Position numbers and translations under genes: made by a program. The notes under the pieces are model-generated. The model made no database searches. It was not told the origin of the DNA and was given only the letters and a program-made list of their open reading frames with translations. A stretch of DNA of 32,000 bases from Pseudodesulfovibrio piezophilus C1TLV30 (GTDB taxonomy: Bacteria; Desulfobacterota; Desulfovibrionia; Desulfovibrionales; Desulfovibrionaceae). How positions within the stretch are numbered: position 1 is the first letter of the stretch; every line of letters begins with the position of its first letter. Below, one piece after another: positions 1 to 8,520 of the stretch. The DNA is taken from positions 720,001-752,000 of the forward strand of contig NC_020409.1 of NCBI RefSeq assembly GCF_000341895.1, given 5' to 3'.

Positions 1-15
1 GGAAGTGGAGCTGTA

Positions 16-1185
16 GTGAACGGACACCTGGAATACCGTTTTGCCCCCACCGAGGTCGAAACGCCAAGCTATGTTATCGACGAAGGATTGCTCAGAGATA
101 ATCTAGCAATCCTTTCCTCGGTCAAGGAAAGGGCTGGGTGTAAAATTTTGCTCGCCCTCAAGTGCTTTGCGATGCACGACATATTCTCAATATTGGCGAA
201 AACGCTCGATGGAGTCTGCGCCAGTTCTCCACATGAAGCAAGGCTGGGACATGAAGAATTTGGCAAAGAAGTTCATACCTTCGCTGCCGGATATTCTGAA
301 GCTGACATCCATGCTCTATGCTCTATCAGTGATCACATTGTCTTTAATTCATTTGCTCAACTCGACCGATTCCGCCCTCTGGTCAAAAAAATCACAGCTG
401 ACAACGGTCGAAAAATAGAACTGGCCCTGCGCATCAACCCAGAACATTCAGAAGGAACCACACCTCTTTATGATCCCTGCGCTCCCGGCTCTCGATTAGG
501 CATTCGCCGGGATCAATTCAACTCACAAAATCTGGACGGAATCGCCGGTCTTCATTGGCACAATCTCTGCGAGCAGGATGCGGATTGCCTAGAGCGCACA
601 ATAACCGCCGTAGAAAAACAGTTTGCGGGCATTCTCCCGCTTATGCGCTACGTCAATTTCGGTGGTGGGCATCATATTACCCGCCCTGGCTATAACGTTG
701 AACTCCTGATTGAACTCATATCCCGCTTCAAAAAAAAATGGGATGTTGAAGTCTATCTGGAACCAGGCGAAGCCGTCGCACTGAATACGGGATATCTTGT
801 CACGACAGTCCTTGATATTATCGAAGCAGATATGCCTGTGGTCATTATGGATTCCGCTGTCCCCTGTCATATGCCCGATGTGATTGAAATGCCATACAGA
901 CCGCATATCGTGTACTCTGCACCCCCCAATGCCAAAGCCTGGACCTGTCGAATAGGCGGACCATCCTGTCTTGCCGGAGATATTGCCGGAGAGTATTCTT
1001 TTGATACTCCCTTGAGTATCGGAGAAAAAATCATATTCACCGACATGGCTATTTATACGATGGTTAAAACCAATACATTCAACGGCATCCCATTACCGTC
1101 TATATACCGGTTTGCTCCCGAAAAAAATCTTCTCACCCTTGTCCGTCAATTCGGCTATGCCGAATTCCGTGACAGACTTTCCTAG
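16..1185 (+). CDS. nspC: carboxynorspermidine/carboxyspermidine decarboxylase
   Basis: 389-aa ORF with a GTG start at 16, overlapping the TAG (14-16) of an upstream ORF that runs off the window. It resembles fold-III PLP decarboxylases of the NspC family along its full length: ETPSYVIDEGLL near the N-terminus, GGGHHITRPGY, EPGEAVA, GGPSCLAGD. Agmatinase lies directly downstream. Confidence 0.85.
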   Translation: MNGHLEYRFAPTEVETPSYVIDEGLLRDNLAILSSVKERAGCKILLALKCFAMHDIFSILAKTLDGVCASSPHEARLGHEEFGKEVHTFAAGYSEADIHALCSISDHIVFNSFAQLDRFRPLVKKITADNGRKIELALRINPEHSEGTTPLYDPCAPGSRLGIRRDQFNSQNLDGIAGLHWHNLCEQDADCLERTITAVEKQFAGILPLMRYVNFGGGHHITRPGYNVELLIELISRFKKKWDVEVYLEPGEAVALNTGYLVTTVLDIIEADMPVVIMDSAVPCHMPDVIEMPYRPHIVYSAPPNAKAWTCRIGGPSCLAGDIAGEYSFDTPLSIGEKIIFTDMAIYTMVKTNTFNGIPLPSIYRFAPEKNLLTLVRQFGYAEFRDRLS

Positions 1186-1195
1186 GAGATGACTC

Positions 1196-2050
1196 ATGGC
1201 ATCACATTTTCTCGCTGGTGAAATTCAAAATGCAAAGCCAGAAAACGCCACTTTCCATGTGATCCCAGTTCCCCTTGAAGCATCGGTTTCCTATGGCGCA
1301 GGGACTGCGGCAGGCCCCGAAGGAATTCTGACTGCTTCAAGACAACTGGAATTATGGGACGGCACAAGCGTCCCTGCCAACTTTGGCATTCACACAGCTG
1401 ATCCGGTGGACTGTTCCGGGAAGATAGCAAAAACACTGGACCGCATTGAAGATGCCGTGGCATATGCTCTGGAATGCGAAGCCATGCCACTTGTCCTTGG
1501 CGGAGAGCACACCGTGACCTTGGGGGCATTACGCGGTATGAAACAGGCTCGACGCAAGTTTGGAGTAGTCCAATTTGATGCACATGCAGACCTTCGAGAT
1601 ACTTACGAAGGTTCACCCTACAGCCACGCTTGTGTCATGCGACGGGCTACGGAAGACCTGAACATTCCCGTTTTCCAAATTGGAGTACGCGCCCTGTGTG
1701 AAGAAGAAGCGGTGTACCGCCAAAAAAACGAAATACCACATCTTGATGCTCGCCAACTTCATCTCAAAGGTATCCCGACGCACATCCTTCCCTCGGACTT
1801 TCCGGACAGGATATATATATCCTTTGATGTAGACGGACTGGATCCCTCAGTGATTCGTTCCACAGGCACACCGGTTCCCGGTGGCCTGAATTGGCACAAT
1901 ACTTTGACACTTTTGGAGCGTATTCTGGAGAACAGAACACTTATTGGTGCCGATGTTGTCGAACTCGCTCCACAATCTGGTGATCATGCTTCAGACTTTG
2001 CAGCAGCACAACTCGTTTATACCCTGCTGGGATTATACGAAACACCCTAA
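1196..2050 (+). CDS. speB: agmatinase (ureohydrolase family)
   Basis: 284 aa with arginase/agmatinase Mn-binding motifs GGEHTVT, QFDAHADLRD and SFDVDGLDPS. An AGGAGA Shine-Dalgarno sits about 7 nt upstream of the ATG. Confidence 0.85.
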   Translation: MASHFLAGEIQNAKPENATFHVIPVPLEASVSYGAGTAAGPEGILTASRQLELWDGTSVPANFGIHTADPVDCSGKIAKTLDRIEDAVAYALECEAMPLVLGGEHTVTLGALRGMKQARRKFGVVQFDAHADLRDTYEGSPYSHACVMRRATEDLNIPVFQIGVRALCEEEAVYRQKNEIPHLDARQLHLKGIPTHILPSDFPDRIYISFDVDGLDPSVIRSTGTPVPGGLNWHNTLTLLERILENRTLIGADVVELAPQSGDHASDFAAAQLVYTLLGLYETP

Positions 2051-2057
2051 GTCTATT

Positions 2058-2106
2058 CCTATCTCTTCAACTGGAGAGTCTACAACTCTCCAGTTGAAGA
2101 GATAGG
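2058..2106. repeat. perfect 22-bp-stem inverted repeat with a 5-nt loop (possible terminator, RNA stabiliser or operator)
   Basis: 2058-2079 CCTATCTCTTCAACTGGAGAGT is the exact reverse complement of 2085-2106. The loop is CTACA (2080-2084). It starts 8 nt after the speB stop and has no U-tract on either strand. Confidence 0.9.
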
Positions 2107-2107
2107 T

Positions 2108-2117
2108 CCCCCCCCCC
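2108..2117. repeat. C10 homopolymer tract
   Basis: Ten consecutive C (2108-2117) directly abut the 3' arm of the inverted repeat, in the speB / histidine-kinase intergenic region. Confidence 0.9.
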
Positions 2118-2355
2118 TGCTCTTCTCCTTCCCATTCAAGACATCATACTTACCTTGTGGTAAAGCATACTCTCTTCTTATCCCTAATCTCTGGGAAATC
2201 TCCATTTTTTCGTGATAATTCTCAGTAGAATGCGCCAGAAATGCGATATTCCACGAAAGAGTATTGATCAAGACAGATTCTATGCAGTAAGGGTATATGC
2301 AAGAGCCAAATGAATTAGCATTCCTCTGTATACAAAAAAACTATAAGTACGGACC

Positions 2356-3855
2356 ATGATTGAAAACCGCCAGGCTGTTTCGCCTTTTTCTCCTTTAAGA
2401 ACAAAACTCCTCTTGCTACTTACAGGTCTTGTCGTGGCAACTCTTGCAGGAGCGTCTCTAACATTGTGGTATGTCAGAGCGACACAAGAAATGTTCCAGG
2501 AAATGGCGACCCATGATATCCAAGCCCTTTTTTCCGCCCAGAGTCTGCAAAAAGAATTAATGTCCCAACAGGGACTGACCACGTATTATTCGCTGGACCA
2601 TGATGAAACATGGCTCCAGCGTCTCAATGGACACCACAAGCAATTCGAGATTTTTCTCAAACAGGCACGACTGTCCAATTATCTTGAAAAAGGAAGGGAA
2701 ATTCTCAATAACATTGATTCTGGCTATCTCCGATATGTCTACTCCAGAAACGATGTTATTAATCTCTATCGCAAAGGGCGCACACAACAAGCGCTCCAAG
2801 AACACAAAAATATACGAGAAAAATACCAAACTCTCTATGATCTCTGCGAAGAATACAAAGCTCTCTATCAGCACCGAATAACTCTGGCTGCGGTCTCTTA
2901 CAAGGCAAAGGCCCAACTGCTGACAGTCCTCTCATTCACGGCTATGCCAGTTTCGGCCCTGCTCGCCATATGGCTTGGATTCATCCTCGTAAAGCGTATT
3001 CTGGACCCCATTAGAAAACTCGCCAGACTGGAAGAGGCACTCCCTGACCATTTATCAGGAGAAATGGGAGCACTCTCCGACCGTATTCAAACCTTAATGG
3101 ATGATGTGGAACATGCCTATGAGATGCTTCAGCACAGTCGAGACCAAGTAGTACAATCCGAAAAAATGGCAACTGTGGGAAAGTTGGCTGCCGGAGTTGC
3201 TCACTCCATTCGAAACCCATTGACTTCCGTCAAAATGCGTCTTTTTTCGCTGGAGCGTAGCCTTGATCTGGATGCCATTCAAAAAGAAGATTTTGACGTC
3301 ATATCCGAAGAGATCAGACATCTTGATACCATCATACGCAACTTTATTGAATTTTCCCGCCCTCCAAAACTTCGGCCTCAACAAGTCTCGCCATCCGACC
3401 TTGTGGAAAGTACTCTGACCCTCCTTGTCCATCGTCTGGAAGCTTCCAATGTCATTGTCACTATTTGCCGCAAGAAACGACTGCCGGATGTCAGTGCGGA
3501 CCCTGAACAATTCAAGGAGGCACTTATGAATCTTATCCTCAATGCGTGCGATTCCATGGTTAATGGAGGCAGAATATCTATCACTGAAGATATCGCAACC
3601 ATCGTGCCCCATGGGAAAATGGCAATTCTCACTGTGACGGACAATGGTCCCGGAATTCCTCCCGCGTTCAAGGATGAGATATTCAAACCTTTTCACTCCA
3701 CCAAGGAAGAAGGGACTGGTCTCGGACTTTCCATTGCCAACCGTATCATGACCGAACACGGTGGGTGGCTCCATCTCAAATCATCCGGTTCGGATGGGAC
3801 AACCTTTGTCCTTGCCATCCCTCTAAAGGAATCAAGCGAATGGCTCAGATCCTGA
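2356..3855 (+). CDS. membrane sensor histidine kinase (periplasmic helical sensor, HisKA + HATPase_c)
   Basis: 499 aa. Two hydrophobic segments (about residues 20-40 and 187-210) flank a helical extracytoplasmic region of about 150 aa. H-box AHSIRNPLT. ATPase boxes LILNACDS, DNGPGIP, GTGLGLSI. Confidence 0.85.
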   Translation: MIENRQAVSPFSPLRTKLLLLLTGLVVATLAGASLTLWYVRATQEMFQEMATHDIQALFSAQSLQKELMSQQGLTTYYSLDHDETWLQRLNGHHKQFEIFLKQARLSNYLEKGREILNNIDSGYLRYVYSRNDVINLYRKGRTQQALQEHKNIREKYQTLYDLCEEYKALYQHRITLAAVSYKAKAQLLTVLSFTAMPVSALLAIWLGFILVKRILDPIRKLARLEEALPDHLSGEMGALSDRIQTLMDDVEHAYEMLQHSRDQVVQSEKMATVGKLAAGVAHSIRNPLTSVKMRLFSLERSLDLDAIQKEDFDVISEEIRHLDTIIRNFIEFSRPPKLRPQQVSPSDLVESTLTLLVHRLEASNVIVTICRKKRLPDVSADPEQFKEALMNLILNACDSMVNGGRISITEDIATIVPHGKMAILTVTDNGPGIPPAFKDEIFKPFHSTKEEGTGLGLSIANRIMTEHGGWLHLKSSGSDGTTFVLAIPLKESSEWLRS

Positions 3856-5258
3856 TTGTAGACGACGATTCACAACTCCGGCAAAGCTTTGAGAAACTGC
3901 TCACCCAGGAAGGTCATCACGTTCATGTGGCTTCTTCTGGTGAAGCAGGTGTCATAGCCGTCAAACAATCATCACCAGATCTCGTGATCATGGATATGCG
4001 TATGCCCGGAATGACTGGTTTGGAAGCATACCAGAAAATGCGGACCATTGATCCACGCCTGATAGTCATCATCATGACAGCATATGGAACAACGGAAATT
4101 GCCATCGAAGCAACAAAAATGGGCGCGTTTGATTACATTCTCAAGCCATTCGATATTCCGGAGATGTTGACTCTCATCAACCAAGCTCTGGAGACAGCCC
4201 GGTGCAGCAAAGAAAAAACAACCGCTCCCACTGCGGTCCTGACAAAACCTGATCAACTGCTGGGAAGTAGTCGCATCATGCAGGATGTCTATAAATCCAT
4301 AGGCCGCGTGGCCGCGACCGATGCTCTTGTACTTATTCGAGGAGAGTCCGGGACTGGAAAGGAATTGGTAGCCCTGGCAATTCATAAATACAGCCAACGA
4401 CATGACAAGCCATTTTGCCCCATAAACTGTGTCGCCATACCAGACACCTTGCTCGAATCAGAACTATTCGGCTATGAAAAAGGAGCCTTTACCGGAGCCA
4501 ACCGGAGCAAGGCCGGGCGAATCGAACAGGCTTCCGGCGGGACTCTTTTTCTTGATGAAATTGGTGATATGCCGCTGAACATTCAAGCAAAGATTCTCCG
4601 TTTACTACAGGAAAAACAATTTGTGAGGTTGGGCGGAGGTACAGCTCTTCGCGCAAATGTACGAATCCTGGCTGCTACAAACAGAAATTTGGAACAAGCT
4701 GTGGCTGATGGGGTCTTCCGCGAAGATTTGTATTATCGATTGAACGTTGTGACAATTGGATTGCCACTCTTACGAGACCGGGAGGGAGATGTTTTTGAAC
4801 TTGCCGATCATTTCCTCGCCTGCCTGAGCGCTGAAATGGAAATGACAAACCCTGGGCTAGCGCAAGAAGCAAAAGACTTCTTGGCCGCTCATGATTGGCC
4901 AGGAAATGTCCGAGAATTAGTTAATATCATTCAAAAAGCACTCATCTTCAACCGGGGTGCCCCCATTACTCGAGACGAATTAACACAGGCGGTGGGACTC
5001 TCCACGGCCCAAAGCTCCCTGGCAGACAAATCAGACGAGTCCTTCAAATCGGAAATTCGGCGAGTACTCACCCAATACGCCGGAGAAAATTGTTTCGAAA
5101 TGCTCATGGACTATTCCGGTCGGCTCGTCGTGGGCGAGGCCCTAGCGATCACTGACGGTAACCGAACAAGAGCAGCACGTCTCCTTGGCATGTCCCGCCC
5201 AACCCTACTGGCTCGCATTGAAAAGTACGGTCTAAAAACACATACTATCATTTCCTGA
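3840..5258 (+). CDS. sigma-54-dependent response regulator (NtrC family enhancer-binding protein)
   Basis: The start is taken at ATG 3840 (MAQILIVDDD), which overlaps the kinase stop by 16 nt. The 3765 start in the ORF track adds a non-receiver extension. Domains: a receiver, an AAA+ domain (Walker A GESGTGKE, sigma-54 contact motif ESELFGYEKGAFTGA), and a C-terminal Fis-type HTH (RAARLLGMSRPTLLARIEKYGL). Confidence 0.9.
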   Translation: MAQILIVDDDSQLRQSFEKLLTQEGHHVHVASSGEAGVIAVKQSSPDLVIMDMRMPGMTGLEAYQKMRTIDPRLIVIIMTAYGTTEIAIEATKMGAFDYILKPFDIPEMLTLINQALETARCSKEKTTAPTAVLTKPDQLLGSSRIMQDVYKSIGRVAATDALVLIRGESGTGKELVALAIHKYSQRHDKPFCPINCVAIPDTLLESELFGYEKGAFTGANRSKAGRIEQASGGTLFLDEIGDMPLNIQAKILRLLQEKQFVRLGGGTALRANVRILAATNRNLEQAVADGVFREDLYYRLNVVTIGLPLLRDREGDVFELADHFLACLSAEMEMTNPGLAQEAKDFLAAHDWPGNVRELVNIIQKALIFNRGAPITRDELTQAVGLSTAQSSLADKSDESFKSEIRRVLTQYAGENCFEMLMDYSGRLVVGEALAITDGNRTRAARLLGMSRPTLLARIEKYGLKTHTIIS

Positions 5259-5316
5259 CATCTCTCCTTTTCACAGAACAAACGCAAATCAGGCGATACG
5301 AAACGTCCTGAAGCTT

Positions 5317-5354
5317 AAAAGCTGTCATCCTCCCTTGGACGACAGCTTTTTTTT
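5317..5354 (+). terminator. rho-independent terminator
   Basis: GCTGTCATCC (5321-5330) pairs with GGACGACAGC (5337-5346), giving 10 positions of which 9 pair (one A/C mismatch). The loop is 6 nt. The stem is extended by flanking A:T pairs and followed by T8 (5347-5354). It lies 60 nt after the stop of the NtrC-family gene. Confidence 0.75.
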
Positions 5355-5468
5355 CACTTCGTAAAAAAATCAGACAGTCCTCCCTTCGCCACAATTTCTA
5401 CTGCCTTTTATTTTTTTATTTTATAAAATTATTTCAGACAGTTAACAAACAAGCAAGCACACCAAAGC

Positions 5469-5484
5469 TGGCATGACTATTGCC
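5469..5484 (+). promoter_or_regulatory. sigma-54 (-24/-12) promoter
   Basis: TGGCAT-GACTA-TTGC, with GG at 5470-5471 and GC at 5482-5483 at the canonical 10-nt spacing. It lies 36 nt upstream of ATG 5520 (SD GGAGGAG at 5511-5517) and downstream of a terminator and a pure A/T tract. A sigma-54 activator gene is the immediate upstream neighbour. Confidence 0.7.
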
Positions 5485-5519
5485 TTATGCATTGTCAGAA
5501 CACGAACTCGGAGGAGTGA

Positions 5520-5936
5520 ATGGCAAACGCAGATATCAAAATTATTATCGTGGATCGCAACCCCAGAATGCGTGATTTCCTCCGTCGCGAATTTGCCAAA
5601 CGAAATTTTGCAATCGAAGGCGTTTCCTGTGTCACTGAACTATTCTTCAAACTTGAAACGGCTCCCCTGCCCCATGTGGTGATCCTTGATATCGACACAT
5701 CCGAAAGCTCAGGACGAGATTTGCTACACCAAATGGAAAAGAGATTCCCACAGATACCTCTCATACTACACACCTACCTTCAAGATCTGCCGGACGATAC
5801 AACTCTCTACCAAGTGACTGCCATGGTAGAAAAAAATGGCAACCCTGAGAAACTTACCAGCATGGTAACAGCTGTTTTTGCAGAACTATACCCAGAGTTG
5901 AATGCTGACAACGGCCGGGAGAAGAATAATGTCTAG
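5520..5936 (+). CDS. stand-alone receiver-domain protein, divergent (CheY-like)
   Basis: 138 aa. Receiver layout is present: IIIVDRN (only one acidic residue where DD/DE is usual), VVILDIDTS (putative acceptor Asp), LILHT, VEKNG. It is the first gene after the sigma-54 promoter. Confidence 0.7.
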   Translation: MANADIKIIIVDRNPRMRDFLRREFAKRNFAIEGVSCVTELFFKLETAPLPHVVILDIDTSESSGRDLLHQMEKRFPQIPLILHTYLQDLPDDTTLYQVTAMVEKNGNPEKLTSMVTAVFAELYPELNADNGREKNNV

Positions 5937-7716
5937 TCCTCAATATTACCAAGGGCTGGCTAAGACCATGATGTTCACAATCATCCTGGTCTCATTTACG
6001 CCACTTCTCCTGATTACGCTCATTGCCGGGTATCAATACAGCTTTGCCTACAAGGAAAAAGTCATTGCCCACATGCGTGAGATCGTTCTCAAGCATGGGC
6101 AGAGCATCGATTATTTCCTGGATGAAAAAATCGCTGAAATCCAGGTTCTCACCGATATGGAAGGCCTGATTCGCTTGAGGGATGAACCAAGTCTCACTGC
6201 CCTGCATACATCGCTCGTAAGACATCATGGTACTGATTTTGTTGACCTTGGACTTATCAATAGCCAGGGCGTCCAAATAGCCTACTCCGGCCCATTCAAA
6301 CTCAAGGATGCCAACTATGCCGAAGCCGAATGGTTTCGAGCAGCTAAAAGTCGTCAAGTCTATATCAGTGACGTTTTTCTTGGTTTGCGAGGAGTCCCTC
6401 ATTTTATCATTGCACTCCAACTTGAATCAGGCGGGCAGGAATGGGTTTTACGAACCACCCTCGACTTTATCTCATTTAACAAACGAGTAGAAAATATCCG
6501 GGTTGGGGAAACCGGAATGGCCTTCCTTATCAACAGAAATGGAGACCTTCAGACCACACCTCGCAGAAATATGACTGCGGAAATACCATTCCTCAAAAAG
6601 ATGCTCGGTCACCGAAACGACAATCTTGACCTTGTTCGGGGACGCGCAACCATGACGACCGAAATCAACCCAGCCACCGGTCATGAAACCATCTTCGTCA
6701 CCAGCCCCATCAAGAATGGAGAATGGCTCATGGTCTATCAGCAGGAGGCTGCCGATGCTTTTTCCGACCTGAACCAGGCGAGGAATCTGGCAGCGGTAAT
6801 CCTCCTGCTGGGTGGCATAGGTATCACCATTATGGCGCTACTCATGTCCAGACGCATGGCAAGGAAGGTAGAGATGTCGGACTTGGAGAAAGACATGATG
6901 AATGAACAGGTCATTGAAGCAGGAAAGCTCGCATCGGTGGGGGAATTAGCAGCGGGAATTGCGCATGAAATAAATAATCCCGTAGCAATCATGGTGGAAG
7001 AAGCGGGATGGATTCAAGATTTACTCGATGAAGGACTCGAAAAATCGGATAATTCTCGAGAAGTCCAACGAGCCTTAAACCAAATAAGAAATCAGGGGAC
7101 ACGCTGCAAAGACATCACTCATAAATTGCTCAGCTTCGCCCGTAAAATCGATCCCACAGTCAAGCAGGTAGCACTCAATGATCTCGTTCGGGAAATGGCT
7201 ATTCTCTGCGAACAAAGGGCCAAGTTCGTTAATGTGATTATTGAAACAAGCTTGGGAAATGACATCCCTGATGTTGCAGCAAGCCCATCGGAATTACAGC
7301 AAGTTTTTTTGAATCTGATTAATAATGCTCTTGATGCGATGGAGCCGGGAGGAGGAGAACTCGACATCACCACTCGCTTTGAAAATGGCACGGTCGTGGT
7401 GTCGATAGCTGACACCGGATGTGGCATCCCAAAGGCAAATCTCTCTCGCATATTCGATCCTTTTTTTACGACTAAACCTGTTGGCAAAGGAACCGGTCTC
7501 GGACTCTCCATCATATACGGCATTGTCAATAAAATGGGGGGAGAGATAACTGTGAGATCAGCTCTGGATAAAGGGACAGTATTCACACTCCGCTTGCCTG
7601 TAGCCGGTGGAATCGAACAAAAATTCCCACCAGAACAGATCATAACCAGTAAAAAGCATCAGCAACAATCCGAACAAAAAGGAGATAAAAATGCCAGCAA
7701 CCATTCTGCTCATTGA
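5929..7716 (+). CDS. Cache-domain membrane sensor histidine kinase
   Basis: The start is taken at ATG 5929 (MSSPQYY), with SD GGGAGAAG upstream and an 8-nt overlap with the preceding stop. Layout: N-terminal TM, a Cache/PDC-like extracytoplasmic region of about 260 aa (YAEAEWFRAA..VYISDVF...GETGMAFLINRNGDL), a second TM, H-box AHEINNPVA, and ATPase boxes LINNALDA, DTGCGIP, GTGLGLSI. Confidence 0.85.
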   Translation: MSSPQYYQGLAKTMMFTIILVSFTPLLLITLIAGYQYSFAYKEKVIAHMREIVLKHGQSIDYFLDEKIAEIQVLTDMEGLIRLRDEPSLTALHTSLVRHHGTDFVDLGLINSQGVQIAYSGPFKLKDANYAEAEWFRAAKSRQVYISDVFLGLRGVPHFIIALQLESGGQEWVLRTTLDFISFNKRVENIRVGETGMAFLINRNGDLQTTPRRNMTAEIPFLKKMLGHRNDNLDLVRGRATMTTEINPATGHETIFVTSPIKNGEWLMVYQQEAADAFSDLNQARNLAAVILLLGGIGITIMALLMSRRMARKVEMSDLEKDMMNEQVIEAGKLASVGELAAGIAHEINNPVAIMVEEAGWIQDLLDEGLEKSDNSREVQRALNQIRNQGTRCKDITHKLLSFARKIDPTVKQVALNDLVREMAILCEQRAKFVNVIIETSLGNDIPDVAASPSELQQVFLNLINNALDAMEPGGGELDITTRFENGTVVVSIADTGCGIPKANLSRIFDPFFTTKPVGKGTGLGLSIIYGIVNKMGGEITVRSALDKGTVFTLRLPVAGGIEQKFPPEQIITSKKHQQQSEQKGDKNASNHSAH

Positions 7717-8122
7717 TGATGAATCGGGATTTGTGGACACCATGGCTAAACGCTTGGCTAAACGTGGCCTGGCGGTGAGCACCGCCTATGGAGGCGAAGA
7801 AGGGGTGGCGGTCCTTGAGGACTCTGGGTTCATGGATGTGGTGATTCTGGACGTGAAGATGCCCGGTATGAACGGCATTGAAGTACTTAAGAAAATCAAA
7901 TCTGCATATCCCTTGATCGAAGTGATCATGCTTACCGGACATGCGACCGTTGAAAGTGCCATTGAAGGAATGAAATTTGGGGCTTTCGACTACATGTTAA
8001 AACCATGTGAGATCGAGGAGCTTTTGTGCAAGATAGATGAAGCCTATCAAAAAAAACAGTCCCATGAAGACAAAATAAGTGAAGCAAAAGCCCGACATAT
8101 AGTTCTCCGTCGTGGCGACTAG
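7691..8122 (+). CDS. stand-alone response regulator receiver protein (paralog 1 of 3)
   Basis: 143 aa with canonical receiver residues: LIDDE, VILDVKMPGMNG, IMLTGH, YMLKP. SD AAAGGAG upstream. Overlaps the kinase 3' end by 26 nt. No output domain. Confidence 0.85.
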   Translation: MPATILLIDDESGFVDTMAKRLAKRGLAVSTAYGGEEGVAVLEDSGFMDVVILDVKMPGMNGIEVLKKIKSAYPLIEVIMLTGHATVESAIEGMKFGAFDYMLKPCEIEELLCKIDEAYQKKQSHEDKISEAKARHIVLRRGD

Positions 8123-8132
8123 GGAGAAAACC

Positions 8133-8504
8133 ATGAAACCTCCTTCCATCCGAGTTCTTATAGTGGACGACGAGATCGGTTTTACTGAAGTGCTGCACAA
8201 GCGTCTCGCCAAGCGAGGTTTGACGGTGACCAGTGCGACAAGTGGAAGCCAAGCGATTCGGACACTTCGATTGCACGATTTCGATGTGGCGATCCTGGAT
8301 CTCAAGATGGAAGATATGGATGGAATTGAAGTCTTGCAGATCTTCAAGAAAATGGTCCCTGAAATGCCTGTGATCATGCTGACGGGACACGGCTCTGAAA
8401 AAGCGGCCAAAGAAGGCCTCAAAGCAGGAGCATACGACTATCTATTGAAACCCTGCGCGATGGAAGCGGTCCTCGAAATCATCCATCAGGCTGTCAAGAA
8501 ATGA
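8133..8504 (+). CDS. stand-alone response regulator receiver protein (paralog 2 of 3)
   Basis: The start is taken at ATG 8133 (MKPPSIRVLIVDDE) behind GGGAGA. Canonical residues: VDDE, AILDLKMEDMDG, IMLTGH, YLLKP. It shares the KRLAKRGL and GA.DY.LKPC strings with its neighbours. Confidence 0.85.
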   Translation: MKPPSIRVLIVDDEIGFTEVLHKRLAKRGLTVTSATSGSQAIRTLRLHDFDVAILDLKMEDMDGIEVLQIFKKMVPEMPVIMLTGHGSEKAAKEGLKAGAYDYLLKPCAMEAVLEIIHQAVKK

Positions 8505-8520
8505 ACCAAGGAGAAAAGTC

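Noticed and set aside
556-570. Sigma-54-like strings TGGCAC-N5-CTGC (556-570) and TGGCAC-N5-TTTG (1892-1906).
   Set aside because: Both are inside the nspC and speB coding sequences, lack the invariant GC at -12 (or have it mis-set), and have no downstream gene start. They are probably chance matches.
3094-3774. Long antisense or alternative-frame ORFs inside well-supported genes. Examples: 3094-3774(-), 7119-7643(-), 9741-10349(+), 15899-16609(+), 23103-23831(-), 27721-28188(-), 12605-13042(-).
   Set aside because: Each lies wholly within a gene whose product shows clear family motifs. Their translations are low-complexity or Cys/Arg/Ser-rich, have no recognisable motifs, and lack RBS context. 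These are typical shadow ORFs.
3765-3839. N-terminal extensions offered by the ORF track: 3765 for the NtrC-like gene, 25265 for the lipoprotein, 25647 for lysA, 27731 for rarA, 30354 for the CgeB-like gene, 5902 for the Cache kinase, 8112 for receiver 2.
   Set aside because: The extensions overlap the preceding gene, lack SD sequences and add residues foreign to the family N-termini. Internal ATGs with an SD and family-typical N-termini were preferred.
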